From an uncultured Acidobacteriota bacterium (GTDB lineage: Bacteria; Acidobacteriota; Blastocatellia; RBC074), in the NCBI GenBank assembly GCA_963796275.1, contig CAWCKY010000007.1, positions 96,001 to 160,000 of the forward strand: DNA of 64,000 nucleotides, written 5' to 3'. The position numbers and the translations under genes are program-made. The notes beneath the pieces were generated by a model. The model was given only the letters and a program-made list of their open reading frames with translations. It ran no database searches and had not been told where the DNA came from. Positions 52,116-62,825 of this stretch are shown here, one piece after another. The first letter of the stretch is position 1. Every line of letters starts with the position of its first letter.

Positions 52116-53477
52116 TTACCTCCGGCGACCACCGCCTCCTCTCGATCCACCGCCGCCTCCCCGAGATGCTCCCATGCTCGAAGCGCCGCGCGAACTGCTT
52201 GCATGGGACGCACTCCCGCTGTAGCCTCCGGAACCGCCACCGAAGGCGCTCCGATTCGCACCACCTGAGCTGCTTGGAATATTGCGGTTTCCAACGTGAT
52301 CACCGCCGCCACCGCTGGCGCGGTCGCTCACCCCGGCGCCACTCGCGCGGCTGCCGCTCCCGCCGGCGCGATCGCTCACCCCGGTGCCACTCGCACGGCT
52401 GCCACCACTGCTGGAGCGATCGCTCACCCCGGCGCCCGCACCTCTAGTGCCTGCGCCGCTGCCGAGGTTACCGCCTTGCCGGTCGATTTGCTGACGCGCA
52501 CCCGACTGACGACTGGACAATGAATCTCCACGCGCCGTGCCACCGAATCGGTCGGCTGTCGCCTGGTTCGCGTAAGGAGTTCCACCGCGATGCTGCGGAT
52601 TGTGCTGCCATGTGTTCCCGGTATTGCTGACGCGGTTGCCACCGCTGATGTTGGCGCGGTTGCCGCCATTTATATTGGCGCTGCGATTGAAATTGTTGTT
52701 CACATTGATGTCGATGTCGTTGTGTCCCCAGCCGGCACCCCAGCCCCAACCGCCGCCCCACGCAGCGCCCATTGCAACACCAACTCCGAAGGAGATTGCG
52801 CTCGTGGCAATCACTGCTCCCGTCGGGTAGGGCGGGTAGTAGATCGGGGGATACGGATAAACCGGCGGACCGTAAACAACCGTGGGGTTATAAGTTGGGA
52901 CATAAACCACCTCCGGATTCGCCTGCTGTACCACGATGACTGTTTTGCTCTCCACCACCTTGGTCTCGACTTTCTGTTGATCGCTCGACTTCAAAGCCCC
53001 GGTGTCCTTGGCTTTTTTGCGCATGCGTTGCACGGCATCCATGACGTCGCTCTGCTGCGCGAGAAAAGCGTTCCCGAGATCAGTTGTCCATTGAATGTCA
53101 TCAGCGAGTCGTTTAACCACGTCCGGCAGCGCTGCCATCGCCTGAATGCTGGGGTCCCATGATCGTTTCGAGACTGCATCCACCAGCGCCTTGTCCTTGA
53201 GATTCGGATTTTTCGTCAGCCACTGCTGAAGCTGGATGATTTCGAGAGGATAGGTTGAGGCGACCAGCACCTGGCTTAAGAGTTGATCCGGGTAGAGAGC
53301 AATCGGCGCAACCAGCGCATCAAGCTGATCGGCCGGGATATTGGGAGCGTCTGATGATGCCGCAGGTTGCTGTGGCTCTTGTACCATCCCGCCAAAGACC
53401 CCCTGCGTCATGAGCAACGCACATAGACTTAGGATGATATACAGACTCCCTTGCTTCCGCTGGGTTGCCACCTTCAT
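52116..53477 (-). CDS. DUF3300 protein
   Basis: LDALVAPIALYPDQLLSQVLVASTYPLE, WDPSI, VYVPTYNP; Gly/Ser/Arg tail with a 15-aa repeat x3. Confidence 0.92.
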   Translation of the reverse strand: MKVATQRKQGSLYIILSLCALLMTQGVFGGMVQEPQQPAASSDAPNIPADQLDALVAPIALYPDQLLSQVLVASTYPLEIIQLQQWLTKNPNLKDKALVDAVSKRSWDPSIQAMAALPDVVKRLADDIQWTTDLGNAFLAQQSDVMDAVQRMRKKAKDTGALKSSDQQKVETKVVESKTVIVVQQANPEVVYVPTYNPTVVYGPPVYPYPPIYYPPYPTGAVIATSAISFGVGVAMGAAWGGGWGWGAGWGHNDIDINVNNNFNRSANINGGNRANISGGNRVSNTGNTWQHNPQHRGGTPYANQATADRFGGTARGDSLSSRQSGARQQIDRQGGNLGSGAGTRGAGAGVSDRSSSGGSRASGTGVSDRAGGSGSRASGAGVSDRASGGGGDHVGNRNIPSSSGGANRSAFGGGSGGYSGSASHASSSRGASSMGASRGGGGGSRGGGGRRR

Positions 53478-53527
53478 ATCGACATATCTCCTTTCTTGTG
53501 GTGTCCGAACTTATGCTCTATAAGATG

Positions 53528-53542
53528 GCAATCTTTGCGCCA
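53528..53542 (-). promoter_or_regulatory. Sigma54 promoter
   Basis: TGGCGCA-AAGA-TTGC, 51 nt upstream of the DUF3300 start. Confidence 0.82.
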
Positions 53543-53645
53543 AAAAAACGCTGGCCGCTAAATCTTCCGGATTTTGTGGAAGTGATTTAGATTGCTAGTC
53601 TTGCCAGGCTGATTCAGATTTGGGCAGAATATCCGCTCCCCAGTA

Positions 53646-53672
53646 TATTGGAGCGCCCACGAATTGTTGGAG
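53646..53672 (+). promoter_or_regulatory. Conserved 27-bp motif, copy 3
   Basis: TATTGGAG-CGC-CCACGAAT-TGTTGGAG, ~105-130 bp upstream of the 53528 promoter. Confidence 0.72.
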
Positions 53673-53820
53673 GTCAGTTAATTCACACAGACCTGGCAGC
53701 ACGAGCGACGCCTGCGAAAACCCGCTGGATCTCTCCCTGCATTTCCCCCATATATTTATTGCCATCAATTATTGTGGAGGCGGGTGATGAACAGCCTTGT
53801 CCCAAACTTCATCGCTTAAT

Positions 53821-56454
53821 TCAGCGCCCGCGACCCCCGCCACGGAAGCCGCCACCACCACTACGAGAACCGCTCCCGCCCCGATAACTTCCTCCGCTAC
53901 GATGGCTGCCTGAACTATAACTCCCCACATTTCGATTACTGCTGCCGCTGGTACGGTAGTCGCCGAAGTCGTTTGTGCGCTTGGCCCCGCTCGAACGGGC
54001 TGACCTGTCGGATTCGAGCTGGCCATAGGTAGATTGATCTAGCTGTCTGCCCTGGCTTCCGAATTGGCCTCCCGACGTTGCTGAACCTCCGGCGCGGTCG
54101 CGAGATTGGGCGCTTCGTTGCTGCTGTGTGCGAGTCGCGTCTTTCCGAAACATCGGATCGTTCTCCGGGACCCCAGCTCGCTGAGCGGGCGATGCATCTT
54201 TCCGGAGCATCGGATCGTTGGCCGAAATTCCAGTCTGTCTCTGTTGCTGTCCCGGTGCCGCGTCCTGGCGCTGCGGCTTGTCGACCGGCTTCCATCCGCC
54301 GTTTTCAAACTTCTGCCAATTACCGCCATCGCTGCGTTTGTAGACGCTCCCATCCTGCCCCGCGTAGATATTGTTTCCGCTCGACCCGACGGAGCCGCCG
54401 CCTTCCGGCCCGCGCCGGCTGACCATTCCGCCTTCACCGGTCCGCGTCACGCGCGTCGTCTCTCCCGTCTGCCTGTTGGTGTACCGCTTGGTGTGGGCCC
54501 AGTCGTCTCCGCGCTGGACATTGGTCGACCCCCAATTGCCGTAGACGTTCGACCCCTGACGCGTCTGAGCGTAAGCGCCGGTGCGCGGGTTGTATGCTTG
54601 CGCATATCCGCGGGATCCGTAAGGCCCGTAAGCTGCTGCGCCTCGCGCATACGTCCCTGTGCTCGGATTATACCTGGCTCCATAATTTACTCCGCCGTAT
54701 GGGCCATAAATCCCACCCGCCGCGCCATAGGCGCCGTTATACGGGTTATACCAGGCGCCAGCGCCGTAGGTATGATGATAAGGGTAATAGATCGGATAAT
54801 AGCCTCCGTACCAGGCGTAAGGCGGGTAGTACCAGCCTGTCCCCCAGACGGTACATCCCCAGGCGATCATCATCCCGCTGTAGCCCGCCATGGCCGCCAC
54901 TGCCACCCATTCGCTGTCGCTCTCATCTTCCTTCACCGTTACATAGGTCACATTATGCGCCGGAGAACTGGGCGGAATTTCGTATATCGTACCCGGCACC
55001 GATCCCGTCACCTCCCACGGCCCTGTTGGACTTTTCGCCATAAACCAGACACCCTGGAAGCACATGTAATAGATGTCGCCGACCTTGATGATGTCCTTGT
55101 CGGTGTTGATCGCCCGCTCGACAGACGTCTTCTCGATGGCCTGGAACTGGGGATCGCCTTGATAGACGACTTCTGGCGCATTTACCTGTTTTTTATTGAC
55201 GCGGGCAGTTTGCGGTATTTGCGCAAGTAAGACGGCCTCGGCTGCCTGCCGTGTCCCCGGCACGGATGCGAGTACGCGCGAGCGCGGGTGCTCGAGCGAA
55301 ATCTTCTTGAAGTCCTCTGGGAGGTTAGTTGTGGCGAAGGTCCACGGACCTGTGAAATCGGGCGCCGTGAACCACCGGCCCGTCACAAGATAATAGACCG
55401 GGCCGCCTACCCATAAGCGAAAAAGATCGCTTTCAGTGTTGCTCACCCAAAGTAATTGCGTGCCAGGTACTAAAACGTACTTCGGATCACCCTTGAGCAA
55501 AATCATTTCGGAGGGCTCGAAGCTGACGAAGACCATCGGCGCTTTGTCCGCAAGTTTTTTGGCGGGCAGATTGGACTTTACGTCTTTAAAATTCTCGTCA
55601 GCGGGAAGTTTGTTGAAGCTCTGGGGTAGGTTGTCTGCCGACTCCCATGGGCCTTTCACGTTGGTCGCTTTGAGCCATTTGTCTTTGTTGCGCAGGTAGT
55701 AGCTGTTGGTCGGGCCATACTGAAAAACATCCCAGTTGGTGTTGATGGCGAACTTGAGATCGTTTTCCTTGATAGGGCTCCAGATAGGCTCGCCGTCGAA
55801 ATTGACCAATATCGCCGGCTTCTTACTGAAAAAGATAGTGGGCGGGTCCGATTTGATTCCCTCTACCTGCTTGGGAATGATCAGGCTCGTGTCTATATTG
55901 GCGAGAACGCGGTCGAGCGCAATGACCCGATCCTCTTTGGGGATCGCCTTGATGATTTCCGCGACGACCTCGTTGGCCTGCTCCTTCGAGAGCGTCGAGA
56001 AGTTCGATTCGGTGATCTTCAGCGACGCGAAGTTCACGAGCCGTTCATCAATGGATGCTTTTGTGTCCGCTTCAAGTTTGACGGTCCCGAGCGCGGGCTT
56101 GCTGGCGCCTTTCGATAGGTATGAGACGGCTGCGTAGGCTGTCATGTGTTGCTGGTTTTCCCAACTGGAGACCTGCGGCGCATAGAGAAGTATGTTGCCG
56201 CCGCTCGGAGTCTTGTAGGCGCGCGGCCAGCCCCCATCGACGGTCTGCGCCGCTGTCGCTACCCGGGCGGGAGACGTTGGTTGCGGCACGGCTTTTCTCG
56301 CCGGCGGCAACGGCGTCTGTGCCGGTACCGGCGCGCTGGATGAAGTAAACAGGATCAAGAGCATGGCGCTCGCAATGCAGCTCCACGTTTTATCATGACG
56401 TAATCGCATGTATTTATCAGAAAGCCTCATAGGTTTTGGCGTAGCGCCAGCCAT
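53821..56454 (-). CDS. Large exported uncharacterised protein; paralogue of 9447-11951
   Basis: YAPQVSSW, LLWVSNTESD, LVTGRWF, ASVPGTRQAAEAV, IPPSSP..VTYV; YNPxTG repeats; Gly/Arg tail. Start position uncertain. Confidence 0.8.
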   Translation of the reverse strand: MAGATPKPMRLSDKYMRLRHDKTWSCIASAMLLILFTSSSAPVPAQTPLPPARKAVPQPTSPARVATAAQTVDGGWPRAYKTPSGGNILLYAPQVSSWENQQHMTAYAAVSYLSKGASKPALGTVKLEADTKASIDERLVNFASLKITESNFSTLSKEQANEVVAEIIKAIPKEDRVIALDRVLANIDTSLIIPKQVEGIKSDPPTIFFSKKPAILVNFDGEPIWSPIKENDLKFAINTNWDVFQYGPTNSYYLRNKDKWLKATNVKGPWESADNLPQSFNKLPADENFKDVKSNLPAKKLADKAPMVFVSFEPSEMILLKGDPKYVLVPGTQLLWVSNTESDLFRLWVGGPVYYLVTGRWFTAPDFTGPWTFATTNLPEDFKKISLEHPRSRVLASVPGTRQAAEAVLLAQIPQTARVNKKQVNAPEVVYQGDPQFQAIEKTSVERAINTDKDIIKVGDIYYMCFQGVWFMAKSPTGPWEVTGSVPGTIYEIPPSSPAHNVTYVTVKEDESDSEWVAVAAMAGYSGMMIAWGCTVWGTGWYYPPYAWYGGYYPIYYPYHHTYGAGAWYNPYNGAYGAAGGIYGPYGGVNYGARYNPSTGTYARGAAAYGPYGSRGYAQAYNPRTGAYAQTRQGSNVYGNWGSTNVQRGDDWAHTKRYTNRQTGETTRVTRTGEGGMVSRRGPEGGGSVGSSGNNIYAGQDGSVYKRSDGGNWQKFENGGWKPVDKPQRQDAAPGQQQRQTGISANDPMLRKDASPAQRAGVPENDPMFRKDATRTQQQRSAQSRDRAGGSATSGGQFGSQGRQLDQSTYGQLESDRSARSSGAKRTNDFGDYRTSGSSNRNVGSYSSGSHRSGGSYRGGSGSRSGGGGFRGGGRGR

Positions 56455-56528
56455 CGGAGTTCCACTAATCCCGGCACAATCTACATCCGGGTAAACTGTT
56501 TATCTTTGAAACTCCAAAATCGTATGTA

Positions 56529-56543
56529 GCAAGCTTGGGTCCA
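56529..56543 (-). promoter_or_regulatory. Sigma54 promoter
   Basis: TGGACCC-AAGC-TTGC upstream of 56454. Confidence 0.65.
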
Positions 56544-56794
56544 GACAAATAACTCTACCGGGGCATTTACAATGCTTTTTAGCAGAATACGTAGTTTGAT
56601 GGCACGTTCGAGTGCAATAGCTTGCGATACCGCTGACGAATCAGAAACGCGAGCAGCATCACGCATCTCAAAATATGTAGGTGATATTCGAGCAGATGAT
56701 TTAACCCTTCAGGACTGTGTGTTCAGCGGAATATAGAAATCCTTCAATATTGGAGCCTTTATAGGTGTGTTTCTTAGAGCTCAGGAGCGAAAGC

Positions 56795-56821
56795 CTCCAA
56801 TAATTCGTGGAGCCTCCAATA
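56795..56821 (-). promoter_or_regulatory. Conserved 27-bp motif, copy 4
   Basis: Reverse complement reads TATTGGAG-GCT-CCACGAAT-TATTGGAG; an extra TATTGGAG half-site lies at ~56748. Confidence 0.72.
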
Positions 56822-57231
56822 TTATGGGGTGTGAAAGTGTGAGGTTGCTGTCATAGACACATTAAACCTTGAATGATGCGCCTACTCCAACACACCAAGA
56901 TCACCCTCAGCTTTCAAAGACAATTTTCGTAACAATTGCCCGCATTGTGTTGTGTGTCGTACTATCGATTCGGAAGAGGCATCTCCATCCGTCGTGGTAT
57001 TCTCATAGAACTTGTATGTTAACCAAGAAGCGAGAGGTGCCAGAAGACCAGAAGCCCGGACATCTGTTGCAACTCTCGGAGCGATGAGTCCGGCCGAATT
57101 CCCCCTGAATTTTCGCGGAGTCTCTTGTGACCAACCTGAATGTAGATGCTGGGAATCTTCGACAGAGGACAGCCGTTCATCAACAGTTTCGGTGTATTTT
57201 TGTTAGTTATTGCTATATGGAGTTTGGCTAA

Positions 57232-59337
57232 ATGAGAAAACTTCCCATTATTTTTATTTGTGCATTCTGTTTGATCTTCGTTCCCGTTCGTTTCGCTGAC
57301 GACGGGATGTGGACGTTTGACAACCCTCCGCTCAAGCAGTGGAAGGAGAAGTACGGGTTCGAACCGTCGCGCGAATGGCTGGATCACGTGCGGCTCTCCA
57401 CCGTGCGTTTGAGCGAGGGCGCGGGCGGCGGGACCGGATCCTTCATTTCGGCTGACGGCCTGGTCTTCACCAACCAGCACGTCGGGGCGGGGCAGGTCGC
57501 GAAGCTTTCGGCGAGCGGGCGTGATTTCGTCAAGGAAGGTTTTTACGCCTCAACGCGCCAGGAAGAATTGAAATGCCTCGACCTCGAAGTCAATGTGCTG
57601 GTCTCTTACGAGGATGTGACTAAGCGAGTACAGGGCGCGGTCAAATCCGAAGCCTCGGACAAAGAAGCCGCCGCGCAGCGCAAGGCCGAGATGGCTGCGA
57701 TAGAAAAAGAAGAATCGGCGAAGTCAGGCCCTGATGCCTTGATGCGGTGCGAAGTCGTGACGCTTTACAACGGCGGCGAATATTGGCTTTACCGCTTCAA
57801 GCGATATACCGATGTGCGGCTGGTCTTTTCGCCCGAGGAGCAGATCGCATATTTCGGCGGCGATTATGACAACTTCACTTTTCCGCGTCACGACCTGGAC
57901 ATCACTTTCTTCCGCGTTTACGAAGAGGGGCGGCCCGCTAAGATCGAGCATTATTTGAAATGGGCGTCGCCTGCTTCAGGAGAATCGGTCGGCGAGGGTG
58001 AGCTGGTTATCGTGCCGGGATTTCCCGGATCGACCGCGCGGTTGTTGACCGTCGCGCAACTGCGTTATCAACGCGATGTCGGGAATCCGCTGCAAATGCA
58101 GGTGTGGACTTCGCGCAGCGCCGCATTGAAGAATTACGCCAAGCGCGGCCCCGAGCAACAACGACAGGCATCGCAGTCGATCCGCGGTCTGGAGAATTCG
58201 ATCAAGCGGCTGGTCGGCCAACAGGCGGGCCTGGAAAATCCGCGCATCTTCAAAAAGAAAGAAGACGAAGAGACCGCGCTGCGGAAAGCCATCTCGTCTA
58301 AAATCGAATGGCAGCGCGCTTACGGCGACGCATGGACGCGGATCGAGAAGGCTTATGCGTCTCTGCCCGCTATGTCGAATCGGATCGCTTTCTCTAATCT
58401 CACGGCCTCACGGCTCGGCGCGACCGCGTCATCTTTCGTGCGCTATGCCGAAGAGATCGGCAAGCCGAACGAACAACGCCACGAGGAGTTCCGCGACAAT
58501 CGAATCGCGGCGCTGAAGCGCAACCTGCTCTCACCCGCGCCGATCTACCCTGAAATGGAGGTGGCGTTACTGGCGGCCTGGCTGGAAGAGGGGCAAAAGG
58601 CTCTTGGCCGTGACGACCCATTCGTTCGAGCGGCGCTCGCCGGTTCGACTCCGGCCGAACTAGCGAAGCGAGTCATCGGCGGAACGAAGCTACACGATGT
58701 CGCGTTCCGCCAAGCGTTGTTTGAAGGCGGCGCTGAAGCGATCAGCAAATCCGACGATTCGCTTATTGACCTCGCGCGCAGAATCGAGCCGATCGTGCGC
58801 GAGTTGCGCACCTGGAATGAAGAGAATATCCAGAACATCGAAACCGGCGCAGGTGAGAAAATCGCCAACGCGCGGTTCGCTGTCTACGGCAAAACGGTCT
58901 ATCCGGACGCCAACTTCAATTTGAGGATCGAATACGGAACAGTCGCGGGCTACGAAGAAGACACGACACTCGTTCCATTTAAGACGACGTTCTACGGGTT
59001 GTTCGATCGCGCAGCCAGCTTCAATGAGAAGCCGCCTTACCATTTGCCGCCGCGTTGGAAAGAAGCTAAATCCAGGTTGGACTTAGCGACGCCGCTCAAC
59101 TTCGTCTATTCAGCGGATACCATCGGCGGCAACTCCGGCAGCCCCATCATCAATCGCAAAGCCGAGATCGTCGGTATAAATTTCGACAGCAATATTCAGA
59201 AATTGCCGAATCGGTATCTCTACATCGACGAAAGCGAGGGCGCGCGGGCTGTGGGCGTACACACGGCTGCAGTCATCGAAGCGCTGCAGAAGTTGTACGG
59301 CGCGGGAAAGCTGGTGGAGGAAATCAAAGGGAAGTGA
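57232..59337 (+). CDS. Peptidase family S46 (dipeptidyl peptidase DPP7/DPP11-like)
   Basis: [35 protein letters not shown]. Confidence 0.93.
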   Translation: MRKLPIIFICAFCLIFVPVRFADDGMWTFDNPPLKQWKEKYGFEPSREWLDHVRLSTVRLSEGAGGGTGSFISADGLVFTNQHVGAGQVAKLSASGRDFVKEGFYASTRQEELKCLDLEVNVLVSYEDVTKRVQGAVKSEASDKEAAAQRKAEMAAIEKEESAKSGPDALMRCEVVTLYNGGEYWLYRFKRYTDVRLVFSPEEQIAYFGGDYDNFTFPRHDLDITFFRVYEEGRPAKIEHYLKWASPASGESVGEGELVIVPGFPGSTARLLTVAQLRYQRDVGNPLQMQVWTSRSAALKNYAKRGPEQQRQASQSIRGLENSIKRLVGQQAGLENPRIFKKKEDEETALRKAISSKIEWQRAYGDAWTRIEKAYASLPAMSNRIAFSNLTASRLGATASSFVRYAEEIGKPNEQRHEEFRDNRIAALKRNLLSPAPIYPEMEVALLAAWLEEGQKALGRDDPFVRAALAGSTPAELAKRVIGGTKLHDVAFRQALFEGGAEAISKSDDSLIDLARRIEPIVRELRTWNEENIQNIETGAGEKIANARFAVYGKTVYPDANFNLRIEYGTVAGYEEDTTLVPFKTTFYGLFDRAASFNEKPPYHLPPRWKEAKSRLDLATPLNFVYSADTIGGNSGSPIINRKAEIVGINFDSNIQKLPNRYLYIDESEGARAVGVHTAAVIEALQKLYGAGKLVEEIKGK

Positions 59338-59444
59338 CGAAATCGCACTGATCGATGCGGAGCCCCGCGGCGGCGACCCCAGGACGGTATTCCGTGATTT
59401 ACACCCATTCCGGGCGAGGAGCCCGTGAAAGAGAAGGGAATTGG

Positions 59445-60833
59445 ATGAAAACGAACACATTCTCAGTCTCTATCTATTCGGCGATATTCAAACTGAGCGT
59501 CTGCGGCTTTGTTCTTCTCGCGGCGATTCCAATCGGTGCGCAAAGACAAGCCGTTCAAGACAATTGGCCGTCGTTTCGCGGCAATCACGCGGCTGGCGTG
59601 GCTGACGGGCAAAATCTTCCCGAGGTCTGGGACGGCGAGAAGGGAACAGCTATCAGATGGAAATCCGCTATTCCCGGATTGGCGCATTCGAGCCCGATTG
59701 TCTGGAGCGACAAAATATTCGTCACAACGGCGATCAGCAGTCGCGGTACGGCCAACTTCAAACCGGGCCTTTACGGGGACGGCGACGCGTCAGATGATCG
59801 TTCTACTCACCGATGGAAGGTTATCTGCCTACGCAAAAAGACGGGCCAGGTAGTTTGGGAACGGACGGCTTACCAAGGTTCCCCGGTCGACAAACGTCAC
59901 ATCAAATCTACCTACGCCAGCTCCACGCCCGCGACCGACGGGCGTTACGTCGTCGCACTCTTCGGCTCGCAGGGGCTTTACGCCTTCGATATGAATGGCC
60001 GCCCCGCGTGGAAGAAAGATTTGGGGCGGATGGATATGGGAGCCTACGACGTGCCCGATTATGAGTGGGGGCCGGCCAGTTCGCCCATCATCTACAAAAA
60101 TATGGTCATCGTTCAGGTCGATCAGCAGAAGGCATCGTTCCTGATCGCCATCAACATCGAGAACGGCACCACCGCATGGAAAAGCGAGCGCGACGAGTTG
60201 CCTTCGTGGGGCACGCCCACGATCTATCCGGGCAAAAATCGGGTTGAGCTGGTTACCAACGGATCGAAATTCATTCGCGCCTACGACCCGGAGACCGGCA
60301 AAGAGCTATGGCGTTTAGGCGGGAGCTCGAAGATCACCGCGCCCACGCCGGTCTTCACCAATGACCTGATCGTCGTCGCCAGCGGGCGCCGCCCTGAAAT
60401 GCCAATCTTCGCCATTCGCGCGGGAGCGAGCGGCGATATCACGTTGAAAGCGGGCGAGAGCTCGAATGAGGGCGTTATCTGGTCGAAGCAGCAGGTCGGG
60501 CCGTATATGCCCACGCCGCTCATCTACCGCGGGTTGCTTTACACGCTTCGCAATCAGGGCATCATCTCCTGTTACGATCTGGCAACCGGGGAAGAGAAAT
60601 ATACCGAAAGGGTTCCTCATCAGGGCAGCGGGTTCAGCGCATCGCCTGTGGCATCGGACGGCAAAATCTATCTGGCGAGCGAAGACGGCGACATCTTCGT
60701 GGTCAGGGCAGGCGCGAAATTCGAACTGCTCAACAAAAATGGCGTTGGCCAGTTGCTGATGGCGACGCCCGCGATTTCAGAAGGCATGATGTTTCTTCGC
60801 GCCGAGCGCGACCTGTTCGCGATCGGTCGTTGA
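59445..60833 (+). CDS. PQQ-like beta-propeller repeat protein
   Basis: [32 protein letters not shown]. Start moved to ATG 59445. Confidence 0.88.
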   Translation: MKTNTFSVSIYSAIFKLSVCGFVLLAAIPIGAQRQAVQDNWPSFRGNHAAGVADGQNLPEVWDGEKGTAIRWKSAIPGLAHSSPIVWSDKIFVTTAISSRGTANFKPGLYGDGDASDDRSTHRWKVICLRKKTGQVVWERTAYQGSPVDKRHIKSTYASSTPATDGRYVVALFGSQGLYAFDMNGRPAWKKDLGRMDMGAYDVPDYEWGPASSPIIYKNMVIVQVDQQKASFLIAINIENGTTAWKSERDELPSWGTPTIYPGKNRVELVTNGSKFIRAYDPETGKELWRLGGSSKITAPTPVFTNDLIVVASGRRPEMPIFAIRAGASGDITLKAGESSNEGVIWSKQQVGPYMPTPLIYRGLLYTLRNQGIISCYDLATGEEKYTERVPHQGSGFSASPVASDGKIYLASEDGDIFVVRAGAKFELLNKNGVGQLLMATPAISEGMMFLRAERDLFAIGR

Positions 60834-60986
60834 TAGGTCCAACGGCGGCATCGTATAGAAAGAAGGGCATTCGTGGTTGGATGTTTTTATTGAGGGCTGA
60901 TGCACGTTAGTCCCCATTCGATAGAGACATAACAATTCTTTCGCAACTTTTCACGCGCTGAAGGCGAACAGGCTCTATCTCGCCCT

Positions 60987-62825
60987 CTATTTTCCTGGTC
61001 GGGACTTCCTGAAATAGGTGTTATAACTTTCCATTTCCAGATCGAAGTAGGGAACGAAGACAAGTTCCTTGCCGTTAACAAACGCAACGTAGCCATCCAG
61101 CCGTCCTTCGACAGGCTTCAGCGCCTCAGGCAGATCGATGGGGGTTTCAGCAAGCCCGTCCCAGGGATTGAGACCGACATACATAACAGCGCCGCGCAGC
61201 ATCGCCACGACTTCAGGGTGGCTCTCATCTATCGGCAGTGTTCGCCATGTTTGCGGCACGACGACATCAACCGTATCGCCCTTCTTCCAGACACGCTCAA
61301 TCGCCGCATAACGCCCCGCTAACACGGGGGCGGCGGGCCGGCCGTTCAGGCTAATCGTCGCACCGCTTGTCCACGCCGGGATGCGTACCTTAAGTATGAA
61401 TTTTCCACCGGAGCGGATCGTGATTCCGCAAGTGTCTTCAGAGGGGTAATTCGTCGCCTGCGCGATTTCGACCGTGCCGCCCGGCCTTTTCCAACTGACC
61501 GTCGAAGGCGTGAACAAATTGACGTAAAGTGAGTCGTCGTCGTGAAAATATATATCGCGCACGTAATCGGCAACGCATTGCATCAGCGTGCCCGAACAAC
61601 AGGGCCATTTGCGGTGGTAATACTTCTTGACGGCATTGGCTCCGTAATTCGAGTAATACGGGTAACCACCGTCGTTGTCGGGCGAACGCGTCGCCAGAAT
61701 AGTGTTATAGAGCGTGCTTTCCAGCCCGTCCGCATAACGCGGGTCACCGGTCAGGCGAATGAGGTAGCGCGCCAGTTTCAGATCTGCATAACTTCCGCAC
61801 GGCGTTTCAAAATGGGCTGTGGAACTGGATAGGCTTTCGAACAGCTTGCCCTTACCCGGCTGAATGAACTGCTCTTCTGGTCCCCAACCACCGGATGCGA
61901 AGCGTTGCGGCTCCAGGAATCTCCAGGCATTCTCCAGCGCTTTCCTATATTTGGGATTGCCGGTCGCGAGATAGGCCTGCCCGCCCGAGCTCAGCGCGAT
62001 GGTATGGCTATAGGCGTGCTTGGTGGGTAATACGTCCTTTCCCGCCGCCAACGGGTCGAACCATTCAGTATCTAAAAGATAGTGGACGGCCAGATCATAA
62101 TATTTTTTGTCGCCGATTACTTCGGCCGCTGAGAACAGGTTTTCTGACAGCACATATGTTTCATCGTATGGCGGATCCTTCTTACCGATCCGGTCTCTGC
62201 TCACCGGCGAGAAGTAGGGGCGGCATTTTGCTATCACCTCCGGCAGCAATTCTTTTGCCTGCTCGATGCCGCTCAGCCGGTAGGCGTCAATCAAGCCGAC
62301 AACATACTTGTCCATCACATACGCCGGCCACATTTTTTCTGCGCCCGGCCCGGCATAAGGGTTATCGGTTCGCGAGAGAAATTCTCCGAACCCGGCTACC
62401 AGGGCGCGCACCTTGCTGTGGCACGCTTTATCCCCCGTCGCCGCACCGATCCGCGAGAGGCCGGAGATATACTGCCCAAAAGTCAGCGCGGGTACGAAGC
62501 CATTAGAATCATACCAGCCGCCCATATCCGGCCCGGGAGCGGGGAGGCCGACTCGCTGGCGGAAGACCTTGAGCAGCCGGTCATTCGATAAGGAAAGGTA
62601 ATGCGTATGAATCCGGTCGTACTGGTGCTTGAGCAACCCGCCGGTCAGCCTTACTGTCCCGAAAGGAAACTCGCGCACTACCTCTACGCCCGCGGTCGTG
62701 GCAGTCTTAGCCAGCGTCTGGCCCTGCAACACCGAGAGTGTTGTGGCGGCTGCCGTACAAGCAGACCAACCAAGCATTTCGCGGCGTGATAAGCTGCAAT
62801 TCGCATCTCCGGTCGTGTCTTTCAC
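60987..62825 (-). CDS. GH127/GH146-like beta-L-arabinofuranosidase, Tat-exported
   Basis: SRREML Tat motif; ETPCGS and WPCCSGT Cys/Zn-site motifs; LKVRIPAW; GTG start after AGGAGG. Confidence 0.85.
   Translation of the reverse strand: MKDTTGDANCSLSRREMLGWSACTAAATTLSVLQGQTLAKTATTAGVEVVREFPFGTVRLTGGLLKHQYDRIHTHYLSLSNDRLLKVFRQRVGLPAPGPDMGGWYDSNGFVPALTFGQYISGLSRIGAATGDKACHSKVRALVAGFGEFLSRTDNPYAGPGAEKMWPAYVMDKYVVGLIDAYRLSGIEQAKELLPEVIAKCRPYFSPVSRDRIGKKDPPYDETYVLSENLFSAAEVIGDKKYYDLAVHYLLDTEWFDPLAAGKDVLPTKHAYSHTIALSSGGQAYLATGNPKYRKALENAWRFLEPQRFASGGWGPEEQFIQPGKGKLFESLSSSTAHFETPCGSYADLKLARYLIRLTGDPRYADGLESTLYNTILATRSPDNDGGYPYYSNYGANAVKKYYHRKWPCCSGTLMQCVADYVRDIYFHDDDSLYVNLFTPSTVSWKRPGGTVEIAQATNYPSEDTCGITIRSGGKFILKVRIPAWTSGATISLNGRPAAPVLAGRYAAIERVWKKGDTVDVVVPQTWRTLPIDESHPEVVAMLRGAVMYVGLNPWDGLAETPIDLPEALKPVEGRLDGYVAFVNGKELVFVPYFDLEMESYNTYFRKSRPGK

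Noticed and set aside
54106-55230. 374-aa plus-strand ORF and similar antisense ORFs (12558-13268, 15732-16469, 17712-18392)
   Set aside because: Antisense to well-supported genes in GC-rich coding DNA; no recognisable motifs.
56600-56615. TGGCACG..TGC as a sigma54 promoter
   Set aside because: GG-to-GC spacing is 11, not 10. TGGTATTCAGTTGC at ~47997 has spacing 9 and is rejected for the same reason.
47817-56821. 27-bp motif or 63-bp duplication as CRISPR repeats
   Set aside because: No regular repeat-spacer array and no cas genes.
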